From positions 3,456,001-3,520,000 of the forward strand of contig CM000152.2 of the NCBI GenBank assembly GCA_000004695.1: a DNA stretch of 64,000 bases. Direction: 5' to 3'. This DNA is from Dictyostelium discoideum. Lineage: Eukaryota. Position 1 is the first letter of the stretch; each line of letters starts with the position of its first letter. The notes beneath the pieces were generated by a model, which did no database searches, was not told the origin of the DNA, and saw only the letters and a program-made list of their open reading frames with translations. Below, piece after piece: positions 25,830-41,823 of the stretch. Made by a program: the position numbers and the translations under genes.

Positions 25830-25910
25830 GTAAGTATTAACTAATACACACACACACATATATATATATATAATTAATAATTAACTCTTTATTTTTTTTA
25901 AAAAAAAAAA

Positions 25911-26516
25911 GAATATAATAGAGAACCATTTTTACCACTATTTGTAAATTCACCAATTCAATTATTAATACATATAATGACCCATCAATTACAAGTACCA
26001 ATTATGTCAAATGAAACGATTGTAGTTGATATTGTTTCAAGATTGAATGTAATTAAATTTATAAATGAAAATATTGATGAATTAGGTAGTAAGGCAAATT
26101 CATCAGTTAGAAGTTTAGGATTATTGTCAAAAGAGATATTTTCAATCGATATGGATTCACGTGTAATCGATGCGATTAATTTATTAAATTCTGAACAAAT
26201 TACAGAGTTGGCTGTAATTGATAAAGATGGTAAATTAATTGGAACTTTCTCTCCATCAGATTTAAGAAAGCTATCAATCTATTCCTTCAATCAATGTTAT
26301 GAACCAATTAGTAAATTCATTAAATTCCCACCACAAGATCAATTGATTTTAGTTAGTCCTTCTTCAACTTTAAAAGCAACAATTAGAAAATTTGTTGATA
26401 ATAATGCTCAAATTTGTTGGATTGTTGATAATCAATTAAAACCAATTTCAAGTATTACTCAATTAAGTTTAATGAAATTCTTTTTAAATTTATCAACTTC
26501 TGTAATTGCTGATTAA
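25911..26516 (+). CDS. Exon 2 of CBS-domain pair protein (second CBS domain)
   Basis: Acceptor after the A-run at 25909-25910, phase-consistent with exon 1. IFSIDMDSRVIDAINLLNSEQITELAVIDKDGKLIGTFSPSDLRKL is a CBS motif. ORF 25977..26516. The acceptor position is uncertain by a few nt. Confidence 0.7.
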   Translation, partial: EYNREPFLPLFVNSPIQLLIHIMTHQLQVPIMSNETIVVDIVSRLNVIKFINENIDELGSKANSSVRSLGLLSKEIFSIDMDSRVIDAINLLNSEQITELAVIDKDGKLIGTFSPSDLRKLSIYSFNQCYEPISKFIKFPPQDQLILVSPSSTLKATIRKFVDNNAQICWIVDNQLKPISSITQLSLMKFFLNLSTSVIAD

Positions 26517-26589
26517 AAAAATAAATAAAAAAAAATAAAAAAAAAATAAAAAAAAAAATAAAAAAAATAAAAAAATGAACAATAATAAA

Positions 26590-26624
<35 letters not shown>

Positions 26625-26655
26625 TAATTAAATAATTATATACATATATTTAATA

Positions 26656-26697
<42 letters not shown>

Positions 26698-27316
26698 ATA
26701 AGAATAAGAAATTTCTTATTCTTTTTTTATTTTTATTTTTTTAATTTATTTTTTTATTTTTATTTTTATTTTTATTTTTTTCATTTTAAAACAACCCAAA
26801 AAAAAAAAAAAAAAAAAAAAAATGAAAACACGATATAAATTAGTTTTTGTTTAAAAAAAAAAATTTTAATTTTTTTATTTTTTTTTTATTTTTGAATATA
26901 GACAAACCTAAAGAAAAAAAAAAAAAATCATTTTTCAGAAAAAAAAAAAAAAAAAAAAAAAGATAAACGAATCCCTTCTTTTTTTTTTTTTTTCTTCTTC
27001 TTTTTTTCTATATACCTAAATAAATAAATAAAATAACATAAATAAATAAATAAATAAATAAAAAAAGGTTGACGTTATAATTTTATAATAAACTTTTTTT
27101 TAGGGAAAAAATAACCACCCACTCTATAGCACTATAGCATAATAAATATTTATTTATCACACAAAGATAAATAAACTCACCCACCCACTCACCCACCTAC
27201 CCATTCATTTTCAATTTACACTCACACAGCCATACTCATACTCTGCTCTTTAAAGAAATTAATTTTTTTTTTTTAGAGATAGAGTTTTTTGTGTGGAAAT
27301 TTAAAGTCATTCTTTA

Positions 27317-27682
27317 ATGTTATATAACAATAGTGCGTTAGTCACACATTTTTCGATGGTAACACTAAATAAAAGAACATTAGTTCAATATATGCAAATT
27401 ATAGGTATTTTAGGTGTAATTAATTTACTTCTATCACTTTATATGGCATTTGGTGACATTGAAAGTGGAACATGTGATATCAATGCAACCCTATCCTGTA
27501 CATCAGTAATCAAAAGTGAATATGGCAAAATATTTGGTGTACCAGTTTCATACTATGGTATCACTTGGAATCTAGTTTTACTCTATTGTATTTGGAGAAT
27601 TTATTTAGAAGATAAAGTACCAGCATTTGTAACAACAATTTTCATTTGGTGTTCAATTGGTATTGGTTTTGTATTTTATTTT
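27317..27682 (+). CDS. Exon 1 of VKOR (vitamin K epoxide reductase)-family protein fused to a thioredoxin-like domain
   Basis: TM helices plus a loop cysteine pair (GTCDINATLSCTSVIKSEYGKIFGVPVSYYG) typical of VKOR. GTATGT donor at 27683. Confidence 0.7.
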
Positions 27683-27687
27683 GTATG

Positions 27688-27723
<36 letters not shown>

Positions 27724-27795
27724 AAATATATATAATAACATTATTACTAACATTAATATATTATTATTATTTATTATTTATTATTTATTATTTAG

Positions 27796-28404
27796 ATTGC
27801 AGCAGAATTAATAATTGGTAAAATTTGTCCATTTTGTACATTAGTTCATATTATTAATGTAGCATTAATGTATTTAGTATTTCAAGTTTATTGTCAACTT
27901 AAATCACCACCACCATTATTTTTAGTAGCAAATTCATTGAAATCATTCATTGTGACAGTATTATTAGTGCATTTAATGTTAATATTATTTGTTAATGGTG
28001 GTAATACAAATGGTGGTGTTGGTGGTGGTATCATAATTAATGGTATTAATAAAAAGATAACAAATGAATCATTTTCACAATGTTTAACAAGAATGAATAT
28101 GGTAATGTTTGGTTCATCTTCATGTGGTGCATGTATGAATCAAAAGAAATTATTCATGTTACCAGGTAAAGATGAAACTGAATCACCATGGCATTATATT
28201 AAGTTTATCGAATGTCAAGATAGTGATAGAAACTTTAAAGAGGAATGTGAAAAATGGGGTATCAAACGTTACCCAACTTGGCATAAATTTGAAAATGATT
28301 ATAAATCCTCAGAAAATAAAATTTTAGAAACTCATTCAGGTGTTATGGGCATTGCTGAACTTTCAAAAATGTCGGGTTGTCAATATCCTCTTAAAGGTTC
28401 GTAA
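27796..28404 (+). CDS. Exon 2 of VKOR-thioredoxin-like fusion (active-site CPFC in a TM helix; C-terminal Trx-like CGAC)
   Basis: Acceptor ttatttag at 27795. IIGKICPFCTLVHIIN is the VKOR CXXC redox centre at the start of a TM helix. SSCGACMNQKKLF...KRYPTWHKF is the soluble thioredoxin-like module found fused to VKOR in bacteria and plants (LTO1-type). Stop at 28402-28404; a further short 3' exon (28497-28567) cannot be excluded. Confidence 0.7.
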   Translation: MAAELIIGKICPFCTLVHIINVALMYLVFQVYCQLKSPPPLFLVANSLKSFIVTVLLVHLMLILFVNGGNTNGGVGGGIIINGINKKITNESFSQCLTRMNMVMFGSSSCGACMNQKKLFMLPGKDETESPWHYIKFIECQDSDRNFKEECEKWGIKRYPTWHKFENDYKSSENKILETHSGVMGIAELSKMSGCQYPLKGS

Positions 28405-28693
28405 TAAATCTAACAAATAATAATAACAATACATATAAAGAATCCATTTTTTAATTAATATATTTTATTAACTTTATTTTTTTTTTTTTTATATAGAAAA
28501 TAATTCAAATGAAAATGAAAATAATGATAATGATAATGAAAAAGATAAAATTATTAATAGAAATTAATAAAAAAAATAAATAAAAAAAAAGTAAATTAAT
28601 TTAATATAATAAAATTTAAATTTACAATATTTTTTTATATATTGTAATTGTCGTAATAATAATAATAATAATAATAATTTCTTATTTATTATT

Positions 28694-31600
28694 TTAAAAA
28701 TTCTTTTCATTTTCTTTATGAAAATCAGTTTGATATTTAACTAATTTACTGAATTTTGAATTTTTAGTATTAATTAAATTAATTGGTGTATCATATTCTA
28801 TTAATTCACCTTTATCGACAACAGCGATTTTAGTACTATCAATGATTGTGTCGAGTCTATGTGCAATTGTTAGCATTGTACAATCATTGAAATTTTCAAG
28901 TAAAGTTTGTTTAATTAAATCACCTGTTACATAATCTATACCAGAGGTAGCTTCATCCATTAGGACTACTTTAGAATTCTTTAAAATTGTTCTTGATAAA
29001 CAAAGTAATTGCTTTTGACCAAACGATAAACCGTCACCACCTTCTTCTATCATAGTTTCTAATTTTAATGGCATTGATGAAATTGTTGATTTTAATTTAA
29101 CCTTTTCTAAAGCTACCCAAATTTCACTATCAGTGTATTTATTAAATGGATCGATATTTAAACGAATAGTACCAGAGAAAATGAATGGATCTTGTGGGAC
29201 AATACCAAGTGAACTTCTTAAATCGTGTAATCCAATCTTTGAAATGTCAATACCATCAATTAAAATTGAACCTTTAGAACATTCAACCATACGGAATAAA
29301 CTTATACCAACGGTACTCTTACCTGCACCAGTTCTACCAACAATACCAATATGATCATTTGAATTGATTTTAAATGATAAATTTTTTAAACTTGGTTCTG
29401 AAGTTGGACGATATCTAATTTCAACATCTCTAAATTCAATTTCACCTTTAGATGGCCATTTTTCATTTAAATTAATCATATTTTCTTCTCCTTCTTCTTC
29501 ATTATCAATTGTAAATCTATTACCTTCTTTTGGAGTATTTATATAACTTTCAATTCTTTCAACTGAATTCATTTTAACTTCAAGTTCTACAAATTGTCTA
29601 ACAGCCCAATTTAAATAGGTACACATTCCAATTGCAGTTGTAACAGATAAAACAGAGAAACCAGCATTTGAATTGAATAAGGAGAAGAAAGCAGTTAAGA
29701 AAACAACTAAAGCAGAGATAAATTCTAAACGTACACCAATCCATCTATGAATTGAAAAACTATAATAGAATAAACGTAAATTAATATTGATATGATCTTG
29801 CATCATTGAAATGAATCTATTTTGTTGTTGATAGCTTCTAATTGTAACCAAACCATTAAAAGTCTCTTGTAACAATGAGAAGATTGGACTTCTTGTAATT
29901 GATTCATATCTTTTTAAATCCCTTGATGATACAGCATAAATATTCTTTATAATATTATAAACTATAATTAACACTAAAAATGGTAAACTAATTAATGGAC
30001 TAATATAAATCATAACGCAAATTGCGAAAACGACAGTCGAACCACAATAAAGTACATCAGAGAATAAATCATATAATAGTAAATCAATCTCGGCAATATC
30101 CTTACTAAATCTATTTAATATACGACCTGATGGATTCGTATCAAAGAATTGACAACTTGCAAAACCAACTGAATTCAATAATGATGTATGTAAATTCTTT
30201 GATGCTGAAAATGTAACATGTGCCAACATAAAATATCTAATTACCAATGTAACTATAAATAATCCAATGAATATTATATAATAAAATATATAGAAACTAT
30301 CTGATTTACCTTGAAGTTTATGTTGTGACCATGTTGATAACCAAAAATCTGTCATTTGGAAAATCGCTTGACTAAAGAAATAAACTACACAAGTTGCAAT
30401 AAAAAAGAATGTTGATGAACCATGTTTAAAATATTCTCTATAAACATGTAATCCAATTGCACCTTCACTTTTATCTTCTTTTACTAATAATTTTGCTTTT
30501 TCAATTAAATTTGAATCATGTTTATCACTAATAATTTCATCAATATTAATTAATTTATTTGATTCAATCAATGAATTTGATTTTTTCATTGGATTTTCAT
30601 CAATAATTTCATTTTCATCATGTTGTTGTTGTTGTTGTTGTTGTTGTTGGTTATCAATATTTAATTTCTTTGTTTTCATAATTGATTCGAAATCAATACC
30701 TTTTGATTTTAATTCTGAGTAAGTACCTTGAACTAATTTACCATTATCAACAACAACTATATGATCAGCTGATGGAATGAATTGAAGTTGATGTGTAACT
30801 AGAATACGTGTTTTATCATTCATCATACCTTGAATACAATGATTGAATAAATGAGTTGCAACTTCTGGATCAACAGCTGATAAAGGTTCATCTAAAATAT
30901 AACAATCTGAATTTGCATATAATGCACGTGCCAATGATATACGTTGTTTTTGACCACCTGATAAATTAATACCACGTTCACCAATCTCTGTTAAATCTTT
31001 AGCTGCTAATTGTAATAAATCTGGTGCGAGACAACATGCTTCAATTACTTTTTTATAACGTTCTAAATTCATTTCATTACCAAATAAAATATTCTCTCTT
31101 AATGATGTACTTAATAAAAATGATTGTTGAGTTGTAAATGAAATTTTATTTGGAGTATTAACTCTACCACTAACTTTATAAATTTCACCAATTAAACCAC
31201 TAACTAAACTAGTTTTACCACTACCAACTACACCACAAATTATTGTTAATTTACCTGCTGGTGCTTTAAAATTAATATTATTTAATAAATAAGATTCATA
31301 ATTATTATTATTATTATCATCTGTGGTTGTTGTTGTTGTTTCATATTCTTCTTCACTCTTTTCAATTAATCTTTTTTTAATTTCATTTTTATTATTATTA
31401 TTATTATTATCACCATTATTAGTTATATAATCATCATTATCTTGATTCCAATTAAAAGTACCATTATCAATTAAAATATCATCATTAATAGATTTATTAT
31501 TGAAATTTATAAATGGTTGAGTTTGAATTTCAGATAATTGTAAAAATGATTCAACTCTTTTTGCAGAAGGTATTAAACCTAATAAATTATGAATTGCTTC

Positions 31601-31975
31601 TGGTAATCTCATAATTGGTTGTCTAAGATTAACGAAAATTGTAATTGCTGTGAATGCAACTGATAATTCAATTTCATTATTAATTGAATAAACTGAAAAT
31701 GTTGAAACTAATACAACAGCATTTGTAGTTTGTGATAACATCTTTTCAAAAATTGCAAATATTACACGTCTATATAAATATTTTAATTGTAATCTTCTTT
31801 GTTCTTCAATTCTATCTAAAAATAATTTCTCCCATGCATATAATTTTAAAAATCTAATACCATTTATAAATTCCGATGTTAAATTACATCTTGTATCTGA
31901 ATATCCTAATGATAACATTAAATTTTTACTCATTTTTGATCCAAAAAATGTATTAATTGGTAATGATATAATCAT
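28694..31975 (-). CDS. ABCC transporter copy A, exon 3 (rest of TMD1, NBD1 with Walker A GVVGSGKTS / signature LSGGQKQR, TMD2, NBD2 with Walker A GRTGAGKST / LSFGQKQL)
   Basis: 1093-aa ORF. Acceptor ttaatag immediately precedes ATGATTATATCA. Full ABC hallmarks. Stop at 28694-28696. Confidence 0.9.
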   Translation of the reverse strand: MIISLPINTFFGSKMSKNLMLSLGYSDTRCNLTSEFINGIRFLKLYAWEKLFLDRIEEQRRLQLKYLYRRVIFAIFEKMLSQTTNAVVLVSTFSVYSINNEIELSVAFTAITIFVNLRQPIMRLPEAIHNLLGLIPSAKRVESFLQLSEIQTQPFINFNNKSINDDILIDNGTFNWNQDNDDYITNNGDNNNNNNKNEIKKRLIEKSEEEYETTTTTTDDNNNNNYESYLLNNINFKAPAGKLTIICGVVGSGKTSLVSGLIGEIYKVSGRVNTPNKISFTTQQSFLLSTSLRENILFGNEMNLERYKKVIEACCLAPDLLQLAAKDLTEIGERGINLSGGQKQRISLARALYANSDCYILDEPLSAVDPEVATHLFNHCIQGMMNDKTRILVTHQLQFIPSADHIVVVDNGKLVQGTYSELKSKGIDFESIMKTKKLNIDNQQQQQQQQQHDENEIIDENPMKKSNSLIESNKLINIDEIISDKHDSNLIEKAKLLVKEDKSEGAIGLHVYREYFKHGSSTFFFIATCVVYFFSQAIFQMTDFWLSTWSQHKLQGKSDSFYIFYYIIFIGLFIVTLVIRYFMLAHVTFSASKNLHTSLLNSVGFASCQFFDTNPSGRILNRFSKDIAEIDLLLYDLFSDVLYCGSTVVFAICVMIYISPLISLPFLVLIIVYNIIKNIYAVSSRDLKRYESITRSPIFSLLQETFNGLVTIRSYQQQNRFISMMQDHININLRLFYYSFSIHRWIGVRLEFISALVVFLTAFFSLFNSNAGFSVLSVTTAIGMCTYLNWAVRQFVELEVKMNSVERIESYINTPKEGNRFTIDNEEEGEENMINLNEKWPSKGEIEFRDVEIRYRPTSEPSLKNLSFKINSNDHIGIVGRTGAGKSTVGISLFRMVECSKGSILIDGIDISKIGLHDLRSSLGIVPQDPFIFSGTIRLNIDPFNKYTDSEIWVALEKVKLKSTISSMPLKLETMIEEGGDGLSFGQKQLLCLSRTILKNSKVVLMDEATSGIDYVTGDLIKQTLLENFNDCTMLTIAHRLDTIIDSTKIAVVDKGELIEYDTPINLINTKNSKFSKLVKYQTDFHKENEKNF

Positions 31976-32080
31976 CTATTAAAAAAAAAAAATAAAAAAA
32001 AAAAAATTAAATTAGTTATTAATATTTTTTGGTTTGAAAAAAAAAAAAAAGAATATACAAAAATAAAATTAAAAACTTAC

Positions 32081-32462
32081 AACACCAAAACCAACTAAAC
32101 CACTCCAACCAACTATCCAACATAATAATGCAAGTAATGCAGTAATCTGAATTGGGAATATAATAATTTCAAGATGACCAATCCAAAAGAAATCTGCAAA
32201 TAAACCAATATCAGTTGAAATTAAATTCATAATTGAACCTGAACTATATTTCTTACCACCTGAACTTGATAATTTTAACATTTTTTCATAGATTCTTTGT
32301 GAAAGTGCCCCACGGACATGTAATGAAGTCCTCATACCAAACCAATATAAAAATTGTTGTGATAATGTATAGGAAAATGTACCAACAAATAATAATACAC
32401 AATATCCTAACCCTGTTAAAAATGTTTTTTCATTTTTTGATAATTGTATATATTTTATAAAA
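32081..32462 (-). CDS. ABCC transporter copy A, exon 2 (382 nt; TMD1 helices)
   Basis: Acceptor ttttttag (minus) at 32463-32464. Frame FIKYIQLSKNEKTFLTGLGYCVLLFVGTFSYTLSQQFLYWFGMRTSLHVRGA.... GTAAGT donor at 32080. Identical in length to copy B exon 2. Confidence 0.8.
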
Positions 32463-32679
32463 CTAAAAAAAATAAATAAATAAAAAAAATTATATTAATA
32501 AATTAAAAATAGAATTTGTGACTTGGACAAAAAAAAAAAATAAAAAATAAAAAATAAAAAAAATAAACCAGGGCAAAAAAAAAAAATATGAAATTTGGGT
32601 TTTTTAAATTTCATTTTTGAAACTTAACACACCACTTATTTATAAATTTTTGAAAAAAAAAAAATAAATAAATACTTAC

Positions 32680-33068
32680 TATTTTAAACATAATGGTGAT
32701 AAAATTGAAAATATAGCACATAAAATTACAATAAAAATTGATTTTTTATTTTTTGTTACAAAATTTGTATAAATAAATTTAAGTAATGGCCATTTACTAT
32801 TACCAAAATCAATATCATCTAAAATTGGATTTGTTTTTTGAACTTTAACATCATCTGGTAAATCACAAATATCACTCATTTGAATTGGACCTCTAAAATA
32901 ACCAGTCATTAACATTCTTTGAGTCCATGAAAATGTTAATTTTGATAAAAATGATGCACTTTCTTCTGGACATGGTAGATTATAGTAATCAATTTTTTCA
33001 TCTTTTAAAATTGAATATGACAATTTCTCTTTGATCTTTTTTTTAATTTTATTAATTCTTTCAAACAT
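32680..33068 (-). CDS. ABCC/MRP-type ABC transporter, copy A, exon 1 (N-terminus, start ATG 33066-33068)
   Basis: MFERINKIKKK...YYNLPCPEESASFLSKLTFSWTQRMLMTGYFRGPIQMSDICDLPDD matches the MRP N-terminal motif (NPCPE.SASFLS..TFWW...GY..PL...DLW.L). Minus-strand GTAAGT donor at 32679. Confidence 0.85.
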
Positions 33069-33599
33069 TTTCCCTATTTTTTTGATATTTTCCGTTTAGT
33101 TTTTTGTTTTTACCAAAAAAAAAAAAAAAAAATTTGGCTTTTGTACGAAAAAAACAAAAAAAAAAAAATTCAGATATGTATTTTGGGAATTTTATGAAAA
33201 TGAAAAAAAAAATAAAAAAAAACAATTTAATACCAAAAACTGAAACAAAAACAAAAAAAAAAATAAAAAAAAAAAAAAAAATAAAAAAAATAAAATAAAA
33301 TAAAATAAATATATAAGGCAGGTTCTTGGGAATTTTTTTTTTTTTAATCTTTTAAACGCAATAAAAACGTTCTTTCTATCAAAGAACAAAAAAAAAAAAA
33401 TTTTTGAGGAAATAAAAAAAAAAGATAACTGCGAATTAATATTATTTTATAATTTTTTTTTTTTTTTAAAAAAAAATCTTTAACATTGAGAGTTTTTGTG
33501 GGAACAAAATAAAAAAAAAAAAAAAAAATTATTTGAAGGATAAAATAAATTACAAAAATATAATTTTTTTAAATTACAAAATAACAAGAAAATAATTAA

Positions 33600-33690
33600 A
33601 AATAAATCAAATAAAATCAAATAAATAAAAATAAAATAAAAAAAATAAAATAAAATAAAATAAAATAAAATAAAATAAAATAAAATAAAA
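33600..33690. repeat. (AAATAAAAT)n minisatellite, about 10 units
   Basis: aaataaaataaaataaaat... seen directly. Confidence 0.9.
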
Positions 33691-33818
33691 TAAAAAAAAA
33701 ATAAAAACTAATTTTAACTAATTGCTAAACTAATATTTGAAAAAAAAAAAATCAATGTTTTAAATCAAATAAAAAAAATAACAAAAACTTTCAACTCCCA
33801 ATGTTTTTTTGATGACAG

Positions 33819-33865
<47 letters not shown>

Positions 33866-34037
33866 AAAATGTTCTTTTCTTGAAAATTTTTTTTTTTTTT
33901 TTTATTATCATTATAGCTCCTTGATTGTATACATAATTAATAATCAAAAAAAAAAAAAATGGTGGCTCCAAAAATACTCAACTTTTGTTTTTTTCCAAAA
34001 ATCAGTTAAAAGTGATGTGTGAGTGAATGTAAAAGGG

Positions 34038-34069
<32 letters not shown>

Positions 34070-34522
34070 AGAGCAAAAATAAAAATTATTTAATAAAAGT
34101 GCGAGGGGTGTTAATCTTTTATAATATTAAATCATTCACCAAAAAAAAAAAACAAAAATAAAAAAAATAAAAATAAAAAAAAAAATAAAAATAAATTTAA
34201 TAAAAAAAAACAAAAACAATAACAGAACTGAGATATAGGGGGGGTTCTCTTGCTTTTATTTTTTTTATTTTTTTGTATTATTAATAATTTTTAATAAATA
34301 CAATTTTTATTTTTATTTTTATTTTCTCCAATGGTAAAAAAAAAAAAAAAAAAAAAAAAAAACAAAAATAGTAATACAATATTTATAAATACTCAAATTC
34401 ATATAATATTTTAATAATAATAACCCAATAAACTATAACTATTATAATTATAATTTTTAAAATAAAAATAAAAATAAAAAATAAAAAAATAAAAATAAAA
34501 ATAAAAAAAATAAAAAATTAAA

Positions 34523-34794
34523 ATGTTAGTAACATATAATGGCCATGTTGATGACAATTCAATAAATAACCAAATAATTGAAAATAATGTTCAAACAGAT
34601 GATTTAAATAATTCTTTTGATAATCATAAAGATCAAATTGAATTAAAATCATATAAAGAAACAGAAAATATAGAAACAGAAAATATAGAAACAGAAAATA
34701 AAGAAGTTGAAACAATTAATAATGAAATAATTAAAATTTCTCAAGAAATTGAGATTTCAAAATCCCAAGAAATTGATAAAACAAATAATAATAT
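34523..34794 (+). CDS. Exon 1 of acidic low-complexity protein (ETENI repeats)
   Basis: ORF 34523..34822. GTATGT donor at 34795 leaves phase 2, matching the acceptor at 34872. Confidence 0.45.
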
Positions 34795-34872
34795 GTATGT
34801 ATTCAAAATTAAAAAAAAATAAAAAAATAAAAATAAAAAATAAAATGATTCTAACTATTAATAATCTAATAG

Positions 34873-35494
34873 TAATGAACAAAATAATGATAATTTTGAA
34901 ATTCCAGAAAAAGAACTACAAGAAATTGAAGCTTGTCCTTGTAATAAAAACATTATCATTAATGATAGTAATAATTACAATGTTACTATCATTCAAAATG
35001 ATGATTCAATTGTCATAGAGAACTGTACAGATTGTGGTGATCATATTACTCCAAAAGAAGAAGAAGAAAAAGAAAAAGAAAAAGAAAAAGAAAAAGAAAA
35101 AGAAAAAGAAAAAGAAAAAGAAAAAGAAAAAGACTCAGAGGAATCACTTCAAGAGCAATGCCTTAATAAAGAAAATGAAAGTATAGATAATGATAATAAT
35201 AATAATATCATCAACAACAACAACAATGATTCTATTATAATTATTAAAGAGTCCACAGATGATAAAAAAGAAATTCCATCAATAGAATGCATTCAAAATA
35301 ATCAAAATAATCAAAATAATAATGATTCTCCAATTAACAAAGAAATTGAAGATGATAATAATAATAATATTGAAAAAGATGGAGCCGATATTCATATTAA
35401 AGAAGAACAAGTAGAAAAAGTCCAAGTAGAGGAAAAAGAAGTGGAAGAAATTCAAGTAAAGGAAATGAAAAACATCAAAATGGTCAACCAATAA
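34873..35494 (+). CDS. Exon 2 of acidic protein (CxC motifs, (EK)n encoded by (GAAAAA)n~15, poly-N/Asp)
   Basis: Acceptor aatctaatag at 34871-34872. I translated the open frame by hand to TAA at 35492-35494. The (gaaaaa)n tract at about 35057-35130 encodes EKEKEK.... Confidence 0.5.
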
Positions 35495-35759
35495 TATTAT
35501 AACAAAGAAGAATTAAAGAAGAACAAATTCAATTACATATAGAGGTTTCAAGTGATATATAAAAGAAGAGGTTAAAGATAATGCCAATTCCGTTACTTCA
35601 ACTATTGTTACTGCAACTGATGTTACAACTACAACTACTACAACTACTACTACGACCTCATCATCCAACAATTGTACAAATTCTATATCAAATACAGATA
35701 AATCCACAACAACCAATTGTCCACCGGTAGAAAATGGTGGTGATAGTGATGGTAAATTA

Positions 35760-39125
<3,366 letters not shown>

Positions 39126-39397
39126 TCAATAAATAATAATAATAATAATAATAAAAAATTAAAAATTAAAAAATAAAAAGAAAATAATTTTAATAATAAT
39201 TCTAATAATAATAGAAAGAATTAATCTATTTTAATTTTATTTATTTTAATTTTTTTTTTTTAAAAAAAAATAAGACACCATAAATACTACTAAAATTATT
39301 TTTATAATTATCATTTTTGTAATAAATTAAATTATTTAATCAGTTTTGTGTGTTTTACAAAAACTTTATTCTATTTTTACAAACTTTATTTTTGCTC

Positions 39398-39434
<37 letters not shown>

Positions 39435-39640
39435 AAAAAAATAAATCAGAATATGTTTATTTAGAATATTCTACAATTACCATAACAATAAAAGTTTATC
39501 AGAAATTATTTATCTCCAGAAAAAATGAAATAAAGTTTTAAGATCAATTAAAAAAAACCATTTTCCATATATCTCAATTTAAAATCATTTTTTAATTTTA
39601 ATAAAATTATTATTTTTATTATTATTATTATTATTATTAC

Positions 39641-39695
<55 letters not shown>

Positions 39696-39720
39696 ATAAA
39701 CTATAAATATAATATTTATT

Positions 39721-39770
39721 ATAATTTATTTTAATTTATTTTAATTTATTTTAATTTATTTTAATTTATT
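39721..39770. repeat. (TTTATTTTAA)5 minisatellite preceded by an (ATT)n tract at 39620-39700
   Basis: Direct observation. Confidence 0.9.
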
Positions 39771-40720
39771 TTTTTTTATTTTTTTTTTTTATTTTTTTAA
39801 GTTGGATCATAGATGAGAGTATGGAAATTGTCAAAAAATTATTTTTGTTTTTTGACCTTTCAAATTTGAAAAAATTAATGCAATAACTACCACCAACTAT
39901 GTTACTACCACCATCACCCCACATACCACAATATTCAATTATTAGAATTTTGTTTTTTTATTATTTTTTTTTTTATTTTTTAATTTTTATTTTTTTTTTT
40001 GCTTGTATTTTTATAGTATATTGTTGAATGATTATTTATATCTGTTCAATTTTTATTTATAAATTTATGATTTATCGATTATTTTTAGACCCTAAATCTC
40101 ATCATCAATATTTACATTGTATATTTTTTTTTTTTTATTAATTTTTTTTTTTATTTTTTTTTTTTTAAATTAATTTTGTAGTAACTACTCCCATAGTAGA
40201 AAAGAAAAATGAAAACTGTTATAACAATTTTTTAATAGAGAAAAAAAAAAGAGTGGTTGTTGTGGTGATTGATTCTACAAACCCTTTTTTTTTTTATTTT
40301 TATTTTTTTTTTTTATTTTTTATTTTTTTTTTTTTTATGGTTGACCCCTTATTGTTTGTTTCAGCTATTAAATTTTTTTTTTTTTATTTTTTTTTTTTAT
40401 TTATTTAATATAATTATATTTTAATATTTTCAATATTACTACTATATATACACAAATTAAGAAATTATAAAAAATAATATAAAAATAAATTTATATTTAA
40501 AAATAAAATAAAAAAATCCCTCTTTTCTAATTCCAAAAAATAAAAAACAATCAAAAAAAATTTTATTTTACTACCATATATATACACAAATTAATAAATT
40601 TTTTTTAAAAATAAAATAAAAATAATTTTATATTTAAAAATAAAATAAAAATATTCCTCTTTTCTAATTCCAAAAATAAAAAAAATAATCAAAAAAAAAA
40701 TAAAAAAAAAATAAAAAAAA

Positions 40721-40744
40721 ATGGAAATTAATAAAATTATTGAA

Positions 40745-40778
<34 letters not shown>

Positions 40779-41717
40779 TTATTGAAAATAATAATGATAA
40801 TAAAAAAATTATTGAAATAAATAATAATAATAATGATAATAATAAAATTATTGAAATAAATGATAATAATAATAATAATATAAAAGATAAAATTTTAAAA
40901 AAAGAAAATAAAGACTCAATTTTAATGAAACCACCACCAATATTCATTACACCAGCAAATAAAGATGATACTATTACTGTTTTTCATCAAGGTCATATTA
41001 TATCAATACCAAGAAAATTGAAAATTAATCTTAAATCAATTACTGATTGTGGTCCTGATGGTGTAATGTTTAGAGCTAAAAATGAAGATTCTAAAGAAGA
41101 AGTTATCGTAAAGAAAATATCGGTATTCTTAATGAAGGATGATAAAATGGCAAGAAAATTATTAAGAAATTTATTATTCCAAAGACATTTTCAACAACAT
41201 CCATTGGTATCAACATTCCAAAGTGTTTTCAAAAGGAAATCATCTGAAAATTATTTAATTTCAAATAAAAACAATAGAAATAATGTTAGACTACCTTTAC
41301 TACAACAAAAGGGTGATGATGATATTTATTTTGAATATCTTTTACCAGAGTTTACATTACTTCAAATGATTCATAATAAACTATTAACTGAATATAATAT
41401 AATGATTTTCTTATATCAATTATTAACCGTAGTTAAATTCATGCATTCCGCTGGTGTCATCCATAGAGATATCGATCCAAGTGCAATCACAATTGACCAA
41501 AATCAATGTTTGAAATTAACTGAATTCTATTTTTGCTTTCCTTCAAATTGTCCAGTTGATTTATTTTTCAATGATTATGATACAAGTTCATTTATTTATC
41601 GTGCTCCTGAAACAATTTGGAGAAACACAACCTATACTACTGCCATTGATGTTTGGAATATTGGTGTAATTTTCGGTGAAATGATATTAGGAAAAAGACT
41701 TTTTAAAACCCAAGATT
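40721..41717 (+). CDS. Exon 1 of CMGC/MAPK-like protein kinase-fold protein, probable pseudokinase (N-terminal KIIEINN repeats plus kinase subdomains I-X)
   Basis: Kinase-fold landmarks: Gly-loop-like DCGPDGVMF, EEVIVKKI (VAIK-like), LFQRHFQQHPLV (compare the MAPK LLRFRHENII), HRDIDPSAITID in place of HRDLKPxNILID, LKLTEFYF in place of LKIxDFG, YRAPE, DVWNIGVIFGEM. GTATGT donor at 41718. Confidence 0.75.
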
Positions 41718-41726
41718 GTATGTACA

Positions 41727-41768
<42 letters not shown>

Positions 41769-41823
41769 AAAATTTTGAATTTATTATACTAATTTTAATT
41801 TATTTTTAAAAAAAAATAAAAAG

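Noticed and set aside
29133-29546. Plus-strand ORFs 29133..29354, 29364..29546 and the identical 45196..45417
   Set aside because: They are antisense to the NBD2-coding part of the ABCC genes. The pair at 29133 and 45196 is identical only because the underlying ABCC tracts are identical.
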